A stretch of 62,962 bases of DNA, the filler included, from Octopus bimaculoides (Eukaryota): the NCBI RefSeq assembly GCF_001194135.2. It is 5 parts of 5 records of this genome, joined end to end, with 100 filler letters (N's around TTAATTAATTAA, not from the genome) between each part and the next. Parts side by side here need not be neighbours in the genome. Positions count along the whole stretch, not along the records: positions 1 to 20,189 come from NC_069010.1; 4 more parts are not named here. The stretch is one strand, 5' to 3'. Every line of letters begins with the position of its first letter. The first letter of the stretch is position 1. The position numbers and the translations under genes were made by a program. The notes below the pieces were generated by a model. The model did no database searches. It was not told the origin of the DNA and worked only from the letters and a program-made list of their open reading frames with translations. Shown one piece after another: positions 1 through 12,527 of this stretch.

Positions 1-575
1 TTTAGTCTTCTTGTAACCATGTAGTCTAGGTTCAAAACCTTTGTTTGGCACTGTGGTAGCTTGGTTCAGTGTCTTCCATTCTCACAACTTGACTGATGCC
101 TTGTGGGTGGAATTTAGTTGATGGAAAGTATGTAGAATCCTGCTGTGTGTATATTTCTGTTTGTGTATATAGTATTTCTAGTTTAATCTGTAAGAGGCTA
201 GTAACCATGTAGAGTCACATATTGTGGTAAACCCAGTCATTCAGTAGGGAATGATAAAATAAGTATCAGGTTGAGTGTTGTTGCCTATATAATTGACAAA
301 GACTCATAAAAGTTTGTGCTGCAGTATGGCCACAATCAAACGATTGAACTTATTAAATAATATTCTCACAGCCCCAAATAATTCAAACTTTATAATTATT
401 TGCTGTGCACTTTTGGTGAAAATTTCCTTAAGCCTAATTATGTTGTATACTGTGAAGTATGTATGTTCCTCGGATGTTGATCATGTGTCAAACTGTTTGA
501 GGTAATCTTCCATCATCAGTTTTATTTGGTTGGGTGTAAACTTTGTTTTTTTGACCCATTTGTGTTCTAAACAAG

Positions 576-618
576 TTCTCAAAAATCGAATGTTCTGTAG
601 CGGACAACTTCCTATGAG
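576..618 (+). CDS. Candidate internal exon of an unidentified gene (alternative acceptor gives an 18-nt exon 601-618)
   Basis: Strong donor GAG|GTAAGA at 618/619; AG acceptors at 574-575 and 599-600; two CpGs retained in a CpG-poor region; open as (x)LKNRMFCSGQLPM or RTTSYE. No protein family recognised. Confidence 0.25.
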
Positions 619-1733
619 GTAAGATCACACATAATTCCATTATACCTTGTATCAGAGTTATGTTGTAGTCGCAAATTATTTTATGAATATTTGTTGAGAA
701 CTTTTGGTGGAAAAATATATTGCTAAGACTAATTCGGCATGTGTTATTAATCAACACATACACATTGCTTTTTATCTGGGTGTTTATTCTACATTATTTG
801 AACCAAGATGCTGTGACAAAGATGTCTCTCTCATCAACATATCACTCCACCTGTCACTGGAAGTACATCACCTTTAGCAGAGTCCTAAAAGACAATTACT
901 TCCTCCATAAGGTGGCTGGTGAGAAGCAGAAATGGAACTCATAACACAAAAAAACCAGAGCAAATATTGTGAGAGATTTTGTTGATCTGCCAATCCCAGC
1001 TGTCCTAGGCTGTGGATTGGTACTTTATCAACCCATCCTGAAAAGATGAAAAGTCAAAGTTGACCACCTCAGGATTTGAACTTGGGTTGGTGAGAAATGG
1101 AACAAATATTGCAATGAAGCCTATCTGATGCCCTGACTCTGTCACTCCACTGCAATGCACGCACGTGCGCACGCACACCATATTAATTTAATCTTAGGCT
1201 TTTGTTGGCAAGAGTTGACCATATGTCTACCCACCCGACAAGGTGCATTTTTGGAAAAAGGTGTATAAAGAGGTTAGTATTAGTTGTTTAAGGAAGCAAG
1301 TCTGCTTTTTCATGTTACCAGTGTTGTATAAGGGAAAGAAAGACACAGCCCCTGTAGCTTGGTGTCAGGGATGTTGTGGGCATTGCCATTAGAATGCACA
1401 GAGCATGAATACAAAGCATCTTATTTGATGCTCTAATAATTCTTCCAATCCATTGCCTCAGACTGATTACTCTTTCTTTTTTATTGATCCTGAAATAAAT
1501 GAAAGGGTATATTAACCATAACAGCATTTGAACTCTGAGTGTAGAGGGTTGGGAAAAATGATACAAGGCAGTTTATCTGGTGTTCTAATGACTCTGCTAT
1601 TTCACTATGTGTGTGATGCATTTCTGTGAATGTAACAATTTCAGAGGTGGTCTTTTTTCTGTCTTGTGTAATGTTTGAATTTAAACACCATTTAATATTA
1701 AATATATTAAGTATATTATTAAGTATATATTAG

Positions 1734-1852
1734 GTGTCTGAAATGAGTTGTAGTTTGCAAGATATGACACCAGAAAGACTGTCTTGTCATTTAACCATGG
1801 TATCTAATTTTCACTGCAAGACAATAATGTTTGTTTCCAAAAACATACACTT
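1734..1852 (+). CDS. Candidate internal exon, unidentified gene
   Basis: TAG acceptor, GTAAGT donor at 1853, 119 nt open in phase 0 (VSEMSCSLQDMTPERLSCHLTMVSNFHCKTIMFVSKNIH). An alternative shorter exon 1754-1799 (FARYDTRKTVLSFNH) is also open. Confidence 0.3.
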
Positions 1853-2899
1853 GTAAGTTTACCTTACATTTCTACCCATTCTATCATCATGTACCTTTTT
1901 TTTTTTTAGAAACATATATATATATCTGTGCGTGTGTGTGTGGGGGGGGGATGTTGCATCCAGCTGTAGAAGAAAAGATCCTCTGATCCCCTATGAAGGA
2001 AATGATGTCAAGTGATGTGCAATAAGAAGTCTCCAGTTATGACAACCCCTCCAACCCATGGCAGCAAGAAAAGTGGACATAAAAAGGATGTGTATTTCTA
2101 TATTTGTGTGTATATATGCATACATATGTCTATATGTGACACACACACACACATTTTTATTTAATGTCATCTCCATACTGCCGGTCACTGTTTTCTTTCC
2201 TCTGTGCTACTTTCAGTTGGCATCCATTCTTCTTCATTGTTCCCGTTTGCCATTCACTATATTCTCCTCCACTCCCATGTTTGTATCCTCTCCTCTTGCG
2301 ACCTTATCCACTCTCTCTGATTCTTCTCTGTTCACTTTCTTGGACACATTACCATGATAGTGCATTCCGATGCCTCGCCACCACCATGCTTACTTCTCTT
2401 TTGGATTCTACCATAGCCTCCCTTATCTCCCCATGAAAAATGTGATGTAGACATGGAGACATAAACCTGATTTTACTTCTCTCATCATACTTCAGCATCT
2501 CAGTACCTCATTTAAGGCAACCACACTATATCCTACCCTCCCCCCTCAAGTAAGGGGGTGCTTTTTAATGTCTTGCAATAAAAGCATCCAGTACACTCTA
2601 TAAAGCAGTTAGTGTTAGGAAGGTTATCCAGTTATGGAAAGCGCACCAAAGCTGAAGTGTGTTCCTCTGATCTGTTTGATTCTGTCTCAATGTCCAACCC
2701 ATGCCAACATGCAAAGCCAATGTGAAAATGATGTGTATATATTTGATTTTATATAATTATATTCATTTGACATTAATAGTGACTATTGGAGTCTCTCCAA
2801 GGCCTTATGTTATTAACAGAGAAATGATCTGTCTACTAATTTGTAGTAGCAACAGTAATAGATCTAATTTTCAATTCTAACCTCGGCTCAATGTCACAT

Positions 2900-3300
2900 G
2901 ATGCAGCAAGTCTGTGAGACTTAATGCTGTGTGCTACCCCAATACATAGTTGTGTTTATTTCAGCAAGAGAAATAGCAGCTGCTGTTTCTGTTTTACACT
3001 TAATCTGTGATTTGGTGTGCAAGAATGTGGTCGTTCTTTGCTGTGTGTGAAGCTTAAGCTTTGTGTGTCTGGTCATTACTACTGCTCTTCGGGCCTCTTC
3101 AGTCAGTATTGTTGTATTTATCTCTGAGCAAGGAAACCTACTATTAAAGATATTCAAACCATGACATCCTGGCTTTTTAGGAAGGAGTGTAGCATCATCA
3201 TGTCCAATGTTGGGTGTTGTTATTTGAAGGAGCTTTTGCTACAGAGTTGAGGCCCATGCTTCCTCACGGCTTTCCACTAAATTACTCTGTTGTATCATTG
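2900..3300 (-). mobile_element. Highly decayed non-LTR retrotransposon fragment, possibly R4/Dong-like
   Basis: Minus-strand reading TLLPKKPGCHGLNIF resembles the LYLPRKxGGRGL motif that follows the RT domain in R2/R4-group LINEs; otherwise degenerate. Confidence 0.3.
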
Positions 3301-3712
3301 TTGTTTAGCCTCAGGTGAGGCCTGATCTAACAGACAGGCCTATGACCAAAGGCATTTTAGCCATTACTATCTTCTCTTATTTTCAGACGCTTCTATAAGT
3401 TTAGAATTATATTGTCCTCTGTGATCTCTCATTGGTCTTTAAAGTGGTAGTGTGCGGTTTAAGGGAGTTTTGGTCGCTATTTCTAACAAGCTGAGCAACC
3501 ATTATCAAGCTTCATTCTTTCCTGAATATTTTTTGTTGTTTAGCCCCAGGTCATCTCCATCTAGTCAGACCTGTGATCAAAGTCATTCCAGCCATCACCA
3601 TCCTGTCTTTTCTCTATGTGCAGGAAACACAGGATTTGATTAACCAATGTATCCTTTTCTAAGACAGTATGGTGTGATTTGAGGATAATTCGGTCTGCTA
3701 TTTCTTGCAAGT

Positions 3713-3792
3713 TAACTGTTCATGTGGTGCTCCTTTTGTGGCTTATATTGAAAACAATATAAGCCACAAAAGGAGCACCACATGAACAGTTA
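3713..3792. repeat. Perfect inverted repeat (38-bp arms, AAAA loop)
   Basis: 3713-3750 taactgttcatgtggtgctccttttgtggcttatattg is the exact reverse complement of 3755-3792. Confidence 0.97.
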
Positions 3793-3886
3793 CACAAAAG
3801 TGATCTGTGACACAAAGGTGTCACAAATCAACATTCCCCCCCCCCCCCACTTCTGGTCACATGTATATTGTATCATCATCATTGTT

Positions 3887-4110
3887 TTAACCCTTTAGCA
3901 TTCAGATTACTTTGTCAAATGTAATTCTTATTTATCCACAATGTTTTGAATTAATCATGCATCATCTCCTAGCTTTGAGATTTCAATGATGTGGTTGTTT
4001 ACTTCTAAAACGAGGTTGTAAGGTTGGTGTGAGAGGCTGAATTTGGTCAGTTTGAACATGAAACAGATTATTTTGGCCAGATGTGGCTGGTTTAAATGTT
4101 AAAAGGTTAA
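3887..4110. mobile_element. piggyBac-type MITE, copy 1
   Basis: TTAA + CCCTTTAGCATT ... AATGTTAAAAGG + TTAA; internal sequence shared with the copies at 7644, 16083 and 19141. Confidence 0.8.
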
Positions 4111-4855
4111 TGTCTGCTTTTCCATGCTGGCATGTGTCGTCAGATGGAATTTAAGGCAGATTCTGTGTAGTCTGATGCCTTTCATGTTTCCAAGTAGAGT
4201 AATATATTTCCCCGTAGTCTGGAGATGTCTTCATGGAAGATTGCAAACAAATGTCTCTGCCTGTATGACAGTGATGTTTGACCAGGCAGAAGACCGCACC
4301 AGACTTGTGTGTCTGTTTTGGCACAGTTTTTACAGCTGGATGCCCTTCCAAGCACACCAACCAACCCATAGAGTGAATGCTTCTTACATGGCACCAGCAC
4401 AGGCAAGGTCAGTTCCGGCATGGTTTCTACAGCTGTATGCCCTTTCCAAATGCTAACCACTTTACAGTGGAGTCTGGATGCTTTTTCCATGACACCAGCA
4501 CTAACAACCTTTGAGAGGAGAGGGGCATTTGAGGAGGTATAAGTAAAAATTAAGCAAATCATGACACAAAAGACTGCCCAAAAGCAATCAAGCACTCAGT
4601 GGTTTTACAAGTACATTAAATATGAAATTTTTTTTAGAAAAGGTGTGTGGCCTACAGTGTATACATCAGTAACCCTGTTAGGGGTTGTGGCTGGTGATAG
4701 TGTATCAGCAGTGCTATGTTAGTACACATTCTTAGCTTTCTTCCCACATTCCTCATCTATCATTTTGCCTTATGATTGATTATAATATTGCTGTTTCTCT
4801 TCAGTTTTTTTTTTTTTGTATGTCTCTTATTTGAGTCGTCTGTCTAATTAATTAG

Positions 4856-4949
4856 CGAGTCCTCCCTATGGGCCTGGCCCACGATGGAAGCACTCACATG
4901 TACTAGAACCTCTTCGAACTTCAGTGTTCACCGTCACCGTTGCACCAAT
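4856..4949 (+). CDS. Candidate internal exon, unidentified gene
   Basis: T-rich tract then TAG acceptor; AAT|GTAAGT donor; GC-richer with five CpGs in a CpG-depleted neighbourhood; open in two frames (SPPYGPGPRWKHSHVLEPLRTSVFTVTVAP or ESSLWAWPTMEALTCTRTSSNFSVHRHRCTN). Confidence 0.45.
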
Positions 4950-6630
4950 GTAAGTAGACTTGATACAAATAAATCATTATTATTTATTTATTGTCACCTT
5001 TCAGCTAATAGTTTGTCTTGTAACAGCAGTGCAATGACATCTGTTGTTCTCTGTTTTTTGATAAATGCTGCCTGACCAGAATTATGGATGTAGTTTAAGT
5101 GTTTATAGCTTTGAACATCCTACTCTCAGTGTATGCATGTTATCTCAGTCTAAATTTTGGTACTTTAGTAATAGTAGTTGTAGCATTCTTGTTTAACCCA
5201 GTAGACTTAATCAAAACTGCTGTAGGTGTGACCTGCCTACTTTTTTGTATCAAGACTTGACACCCCTAGGGTTGGTGTTATAATGGCCATTGCTGGTGTC
5301 GTTTAAATGGCACTTGTGAAATCATAGTTGTGCCTGTTGCAGGTGTCAGGTAAATGGCAGTGGTACATAAAAGCACCCATTACACTATTGAAGTGGCTGG
5401 AATTAGGAAGGGCACCTAGCCGTAAAAAAGCATGCCAAATCAGACTGGAATCTGGGGTAGCTCTCTGGCTTACTAGTTCCAGTCAAACTGTTTAGCCCAT
5501 GCCAGCATGGAAAGTAGATGTTAAATGAGGATGCTGATGTGCCTTTTCTTGGTGATTTGAGAGAGATGCAGTTGCTATTTCTTGCAGGTTGTTACCTCAC
5601 TTGTGGCTTGAAATGATGTTTGTTAAGGGCCTAAGTGGCTACTGTATTAAGTATGGTCAAATTAATGTCTGCTTAGTATGGTAGTATGGTATGGTTCTGT
5701 GGCATTAGAAGGCTTGACAAGTAGAATCTGAAAGTGAGACTTCTACATTGTTAATTATTAGAATCTAAAATAGTGGTGATGATAATTTCATAACCATATA
5801 GTCTTTGGTTCAATTCCTGTGTGCGGGCACTGTAGGTAAATGCTTTTTGCTAATATGTGTATCCTTGTCTTTTGATGGTTGTAAATAAGCTTCACCATCA
5901 GACAAGTGATGTATATTTTCATGGATGACTAGAAATGAGCTTCATGTCTGAAAGAACATGTCTGGACATATGGAAACATTACCTTGTTTGGAGACAGGTG
6001 AAAGGGTTGATGACAGGAAGGTCATCCAACTACAGAAAATCTACATCAGCAAATTGTTTGATCCATGTAAGCATGGTAGACATTAAACTGATGAAGAATA
6101 ATCATAATTTTGTTACACACAGTGGCTCAGATTTTAGGGGCAGAGAACTATTATATCACTGTTAGTTGACCCAGAAAAGAGGAATTAACAGACTAGCTGA
6201 ATTAACCCCTAGGGTTAATTGTCAAACATGTTACCCGATTGCTCTACAAATTCTTAGAAAGTAATCCTAAGAACACATTTGTATTTATCAATCATTTTGT
6301 GATGATATTTCTAGGGAATTGACCAGGCGTTTTAATTAATCATAAAACGTGAGGGATTTGGTAAATGATTCGATTTCATAATTATTCTAAGACTAGGTAG
6401 GAATTACAATGGTACACTTTAAAATGTATTACTATGTTTGTTAGAAATTAGTCATTCTTAAGATGGTATCGAAAAAGATGGGAATGGAGAGAGGGAAGCT
6501 AGCGAGTACTATATGGAAACTGAATTCACATTCTGGTACCATTAGATCTTGTAATATCTCCATATGTTTTGTGTTTCGCTTTACATCATATGCAATGATT
6601 TTACAAAGATATGAAATAATTTCTATTTAG

Positions 6631-6763
6631 TCTCCCACCCAACATTCCTGCTGGTTTGCCTCTCAATCAAATGGTTTGGAGTTTGATGCTAGAGAGCAGC
6701 AATTTGAGAACGTGCTCCTTTGTCATATCTTCAGGTTTGACCAAACATTGTCGGCAAAATTTG
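6631..6763 (+). CDS. Candidate internal exon, unidentified gene
   Basis: ttctatttag acceptor; donor TTG|GTAGGA (or CAG|GTTTGA at 6734); open in two frames (LPPNIPAGLPLNQMVWSLMLESSNLRTCSFVISSG... or SPTQHSCWFASQSNGLEFDAREQQFENVLLCHIFRFDQTLSAKF), each phase-compatible with one reading of 4856-4949. Confidence 0.4.
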
Positions 6764-7643
6764 GTAGGAAAGCTCATCATATATATATATTGTATATATG
6801 TGTGTATGTGGATGTCTGTTTATGAGGCACAAAGATGACTATGTGGTTAAAAAGTTTGCTTCCAAACCAAGTGTTTTTAACTTCTTTTCCATTGTGTGGC
6901 ACCTTGGGCAAGTGTCTTCTGCTGCAGACATAGGTTTACTAAAACCTTGTGAGTGGATATGGTAGGCCAAAAGTGAAAAGAAGCCTTAATTGAAATGTGT
7001 TCAGGTGGTGGTGGTATTTAGTACTTTTCCTGTTAATAAATTCATACCTTTGAAGTAGTGTGGAATACGAGATACTTTGAGCAATAGAATGCTGTTGTTG
7101 ACATTTCCTTGTTATTATGACCCCTCTCTTCATGTTCAAATCCTTACGTGATATAAAAATCCTCTATTTTAAAAATGAAGAGTGTCTGGCCACTAAAACC
7201 AGTTCCTTATGTGAGTAACTACAAGACCAAACACGCATAATACCTATATGAAATTATTTGCCTTCCACTGGGGAGATTTGTATAACATTTTGAGGAAAAG
7301 TAGCAAAATCTTCCCCAAAATTTACCTTGCTCAAGAAAACTGATGTGAGACGTGTGTTGAAATGGAGTGTTTTAATTTTGTTGGTTTCTTTCTCTCTTGG
7401 AATATTGAAATAGTTTTAGAGAATGAGAATACACATCAAATGAAAGATGTAGAGGGAGAGAGAGAGGGAGGGTGGAGAGTGATGGTAAGTCAACTCTGGC
7501 ATCACATAAAACTCTCTTGATCTGTCTGTCTTCAAATAATAGGATGGAAGGTGGATAGTGAATATGATAGTGGCATGTTTGTGTTTGTGTGATATCAACT
7601 CTGGTTAGCATCACATAAAAACTCCCTTTCCTTGAACCTGCCT

Positions 7644-7851
7644 TTAACCCTTTAGCATTCAGATTTCTGTGTTAAATTTATTGCTTATTTATTCACAGTG
7701 TCTTAAATTAATATTGTAGCTTTGAGATTTCACTGGTGTGTTGGAATATTTTTAGAATGACAGTGTAGGGTGTGTGTGAGAGGTTGGATCCAATCATAAA
7801 TTGGGTAGAATATTTTGTCGGATATGGCTGGATTAAATGCTAAAGAATTAA
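7644..7851. mobile_element. piggyBac-type MITE, copy 2
   Basis: TTAA-CCCTTTAGCATT ... AATGCTAAAGAA-TTAA; homologous to copy 1. Confidence 0.8.
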
Positions 7852-8164
7852 TCTGTGTTTTTTATTCTGGAATAGCAGATTAGAAGATAAATTATGAGAT
7901 ACATGGTGAAATATAGAGAAAGGACTAAAAGAGCAATGGTGGTGGTGTGACAACTGGATAGCCAAAGTCTATTACAACCTTCATTTGATAGGTCTGTGTA
8001 TATACATACATACACACACACACAAACATACTTACCTATCAGTCATCTTTTACTTGTTTCAGTCATTGAACTTTGACCATGCTGGGGCATTGCCTTGAAG
8101 GACTTGACCAGACAAATTGACCCCCAGTATTTATTTTTTAAGTTTGGTACTTATCCTATCAGCC

Positions 8165-8243
<79 letters not shown>

Positions 8244-10710
8244 NNNNNNNNNNNNNNNNNNNNNNNNNNNNNNNNNNNNNNNNNNNNNNNNNNNNNNNNN
8301 NNNNNNNNNNNNNNNNNNNNNNNNNNNNNNNNNNNNNNNNNNNNNNNNNNNNNNNNNNNNNNNNNNNNNNNNNNNNNNNNNNNNNNNNNNNNNNNNNNNN
8401 NNNNNNNNNNNNNNNNNNNNNNNNNNNNNNNNNNNNNNNNNNNNNNNNNNNNNNNNNNNNNNNNNNNNNNNNNNNNNNNNNNNNNNNNNNNNNNNNNNNN
8501 NNNNNNNNNNNNNNNNNNNNNNNNNNNNNNNNNNNNNNNNNNNNNNNNNNNNNNNNNNNNNNNNNNNNNNNNNNNNNNNNNNNNNNNNNNNNNNNNNNNN
8601 NNNNNNNNNNNNNNNNNNNNNNNNNNNNNNNNNNATATATATATATATATATATATAACTTCTCTTTCATCATTGCTATTCTGCTGTTTAGCACTGCCAG
8701 TCTCTTCTACTCCCTTCACCCCTATTGCTCTCTGGCTCCACTTGATCACTCTCAACCTCTCTTTTAAAATGTGAGTGGTTACATAGCTCCTGTACATCAG
8801 AAAAACCTCTTCTGCTCTGGCCCGTTCTTATGCTCTTACCCATCTCTGCCCTTCATCTCCTTTCATAAAGTTTTTTCTCTTTGGGGTTTGTAGTCCTGCA
8901 AGCTGCATGGCGACCTCACTAGTATTGACAGCATGAAAAAAAAAAGGCACCCAGTGAAGTGGTTGCTGTCAGAAATCATGTGAAAGTAGGTACTGGAGCA
9001 TGATGCAGTCCTTGGGTCCATGAAATCTTGTCACACCATCCATCCCATGTCAGCATGAAACAAAGACATGAAATGATTGTAGTGGTGGTGGTAGTGCTGT
9101 GTGTGTGTGTGTGTGTATAACTGAGTCAGTGGTGTTGAGCAAAATATTATATACGCTGTGGTACTGGGTTGCAGTTATGTTGATTTTTGCCTTTCCTCTT
9201 CCTCAAGTCCCTTACTGTAATCCGCTAAAACTCTTGATGGTCGTACCTTGCTATGATCATAGGACTAGTAATTAAAAAACAAACTAAAGAATGGATCTTC
9301 AGCCCCAAAAATTTTTATCATTTTTCACAAGATCATAAATAATCAGTTTAATGATGAAGAAAATCATTAATCCTTTTAGATAATTAGAACAGTCCCCATA
9401 CTCACTATTTACCAAGAATTCCTTCTGGTGTTGAAAAAGTTCTTACTTGCTTTGGGTATTTTTTCTTTTCTTTCTCTCTTTTTTTAAAAATTCTGCCAAG
9501 AATTCCATCATTGGTTGTAGAAATATTCTTTAGTGTTTTGCCTGTGACTCTTGTCATTTTCTCTTGTTTGTCTTTGTTTATTCAGTTTTGTTCCAATAGC
9601 TGCAGCACCAATTTTTCAAAATGGAAGTTGAGTGTTAAAATCTATGTGTATTTAGCTGCATTTTCAAAATGTAGGTGATGAAATATTACGAACATTGTTT
9701 GTTAAAAGCACAAAAATGGAAAGAATTGTTATTAGGGAATCATGAAATTACATCACTTATCACCATCATCATAATGTCCACTTCCCCATGCTCAAATGAA
9801 ATTTGTTGAGGCAGAATTTCTACGGCTGGATGCCTTTCCTGCTGCCAACTGTCACTTGTCATCAAACAGTCCTCAGTAAAGTAGAGGTACAGTGTCTGTA
9901 GAAAAGGGCTGCATCTAGTATACGGTTGGTTTGGGCTTTATGTAACACTTTGCTATTTAGCACTGTACCAGTTGAAAGACAATGGAAGTTGAAGAAGCCC
10001 CTGAATGGTGTTCAGTGTACTATTACTACAAAAAAAAAAAAAAGAAAAAAAAAAAGGCTTGATATTTGCTTGAAAGACTGGATTGTCATGGCTGGAATAC
10101 CTATGGCAAAAGTTCTGCTCCCTCAGGCTAGTCTGGGACTAAATAGCATTAAATAAGGCAGGTTATTTTGTCTGTTATATTTAGTGTCAGTGAAGTGATA
10201 AAAATGGTATTCATTGATATATATATTATGATTAGAAGGAAAGAAATGATGGCTTGGATTATGAAAAAAAAACCCTTTAATTTGGTATAACTGAAGTCAG
10301 TGAAGTATTTTTATTAAAATTCCAAGGGAGGTAAACAATGACAGATATGAACAACAAAACTTGAAATATTTATTAAAATTAGAAGGAAATAAACAATGAA
10401 ATAGACTAGGAAGAATACACCATAAGGGTGGCTTTGTGATATACTCCACAGTTGTTTTTGCATCCACTTTTCCACGCATGTATTGGTAGGATGGAGTTTA
10501 TTGATGCAGGTTTTCTATGGTTTGATGCCCTTACTGTTGCCAGCTTTCGCCTGCTTGCCAGCAGGGTAATATTTTCCCAGGTCCACACCTGTTTTTGCAG
10601 AATATTGAAAGTGAATGACATTCACTTACAACAATTGTATAATGTCAAGACAGGGAGAGACAAATACTTTCGTATTCACTCTTACACACATGCAAGTGCG
10701 CACACGCACG

Positions 10711-10753
<43 letters not shown>

Positions 10754-11552
10754 AGCTTCTTTTAGTTTCCCTTTACCAAATCCACTCACACAGCTTTGAT
10801 TGGCCCAGCACTATGGTAGGAGGCAGTTGCCCAAGATGTCTAAGATCACATAGTTGGGAAGCAAGTCTTAGACATGCAACAGCCATGTCTTAGACCTAGC
10901 AGAGCTCATTCCTCTCCAGGTTTGACCACTGCTGATTACTTCCAGAAAGTAAGATAGAGAGACAGAAAGAATGAAAGAAGAGAATCAATTTCCAGCACAG
11001 GGCAGGTACTTGGTAGGGATTTTAATTCAAACCCCAAAGAGTTGGAATGATTACTGTTAAGTAACGTACCTAATGCTCTAATAACTCTAATTGGAACCTT
11101 TGTATATCTTGTGAAACCTTGGGTTTTAAACCTGGAAAGGTCCTAGAGATGGATGGTGCAGGCCTGGAGAGCATAAAACATTACATATCCTATATCTTGG
11201 TTTGTTTGTGTGTGAAGATTGGTGGAATAAAAACACCTTACTTTAGAAACAAGTGTTTGTGACAGTAAGAGGTTCCAACTTAAGAATACTGCTTCAGTAA
11301 CTCCCAATTAATCCATGCTAGTTTGGCAAAAATTGGATGTAAAGCACGATAATGTATGAAGAATGATACCGTATGTTTGTTACATTTGTATGTGATAGTG
11401 GCCTTGAAAATACTTTGAGCCATTATTCACTCTTAACCTGACTAATGCTTCCAGTTTGAGAAAACTTTCATGGCAGTCAATAAATCTTTTATTAGTCATA
11501 GAATAAAATAAGCCACCACTTTGACACATGCTCGTTTGAGTACCCTTTCTCT

Positions 11553-11591
<39 letters not shown>

Positions 11592-11624
11592 TAATAAATG
11601 TGAAAACTAATTTCTGTGTGTCAG

Positions 11625-11688
11625 TGTGTCACACTTAGACCCTGCTCTCTCGCTATTCAATGACATTCCTACTATTCTTCATGATGAG
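11625..11688 (+). CDS. Candidate internal exon, unidentified gene
   Basis: CTAAT branch-like motif (11607-11611), tttctgtgtgtcag acceptor, strong GAG|GTGAGA donor; reads VSHLDPALSLFNDIPTILHDE. Confidence 0.45.
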
Positions 11689-12338
11689 GTGAGAGTAATA
11701 GTAGGCATAGAGATGGTTAGGGCGGTGGTGAAGACAGAAAGAAAGAGAAGGAGAGAGGCAAAGAAATTTAGGGAGAGTCGATGATGTTTCATTAAAAGTA
11801 GTAGTGTTGATGGTGGCAGTGTGAGTAATAATAAGAGAGAGAGAGAGAAAGAAAGAGGTTAGATAGAAAAAAAAAAGTATTGACCCCATGAATAGGAAAG
11901 ACAAAAAAAAATGTTGTTTATCATGCAGCTTTGCAATAAGTTCCAAGTCAACAAATTATAATCATTGTTTTGATGAAAATTGTTCATTGCTTGAAAAATA
12001 TTGTTCAACATTAATAAAATATGAACTCAATGCATGAAGTGTCATTGTTGGGCTCAAGGCCCAATATAGAGCCCTCCACAGGAGCTAGCTTAAAAGCCAC
12101 CCTATCAGGCACNNNNNNNNNNNNNNNNNNNNNNNNNNNNNNNNNNNNNNNNNNNNNNNNNNNNNNNNNNNNNNNNNNNNNNNNNNNNNNNNNNNNNNNN
12201 NNNNNNNNNNNNNNNNNNNNNNNNNNNNNNNNNNNNNNNNNNNNNNNNTATGTAATCGTTACCAATATAGCAGGAGATTTCACCGCAAAAAAAGCCTAAA
12301 TTAGACTCCTTAGGGATCGTTCTCCTTGTTTATATATC

Positions 12339-12527
12339 CAAAGTTTTAAATTTAAATTTAAGAGATAGATTTGACGCTAATATCCATTATTAATGTAATT
12401 TATTCCTATGTCAACATTTCTGACGGTCAAATATAGCTTTATACAGAAATGTTGACATAGGAATAAATTACATTAATAATGGATATTAGCGTCAAATCTA
12501 TCTCTTAAATTTAAATTTAAAACTTTG
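12339..12527. repeat. Perfect inverted repeat (84-bp arms, 21-nt spacer) between TA runs
   Basis: 12339-12422 is the exact reverse complement of 12444-12527; spacer acggtcaaatatagctttata. Confidence 0.97.

Noticed and set aside
8095-8797. Long ORFs spanning N gaps (also 16706-17182, 22328-22963, 28980-29522, 38729-39160, 48826-49326)
   Set aside because: Open only because of N runs and (TA)n/(TG)n repeats.
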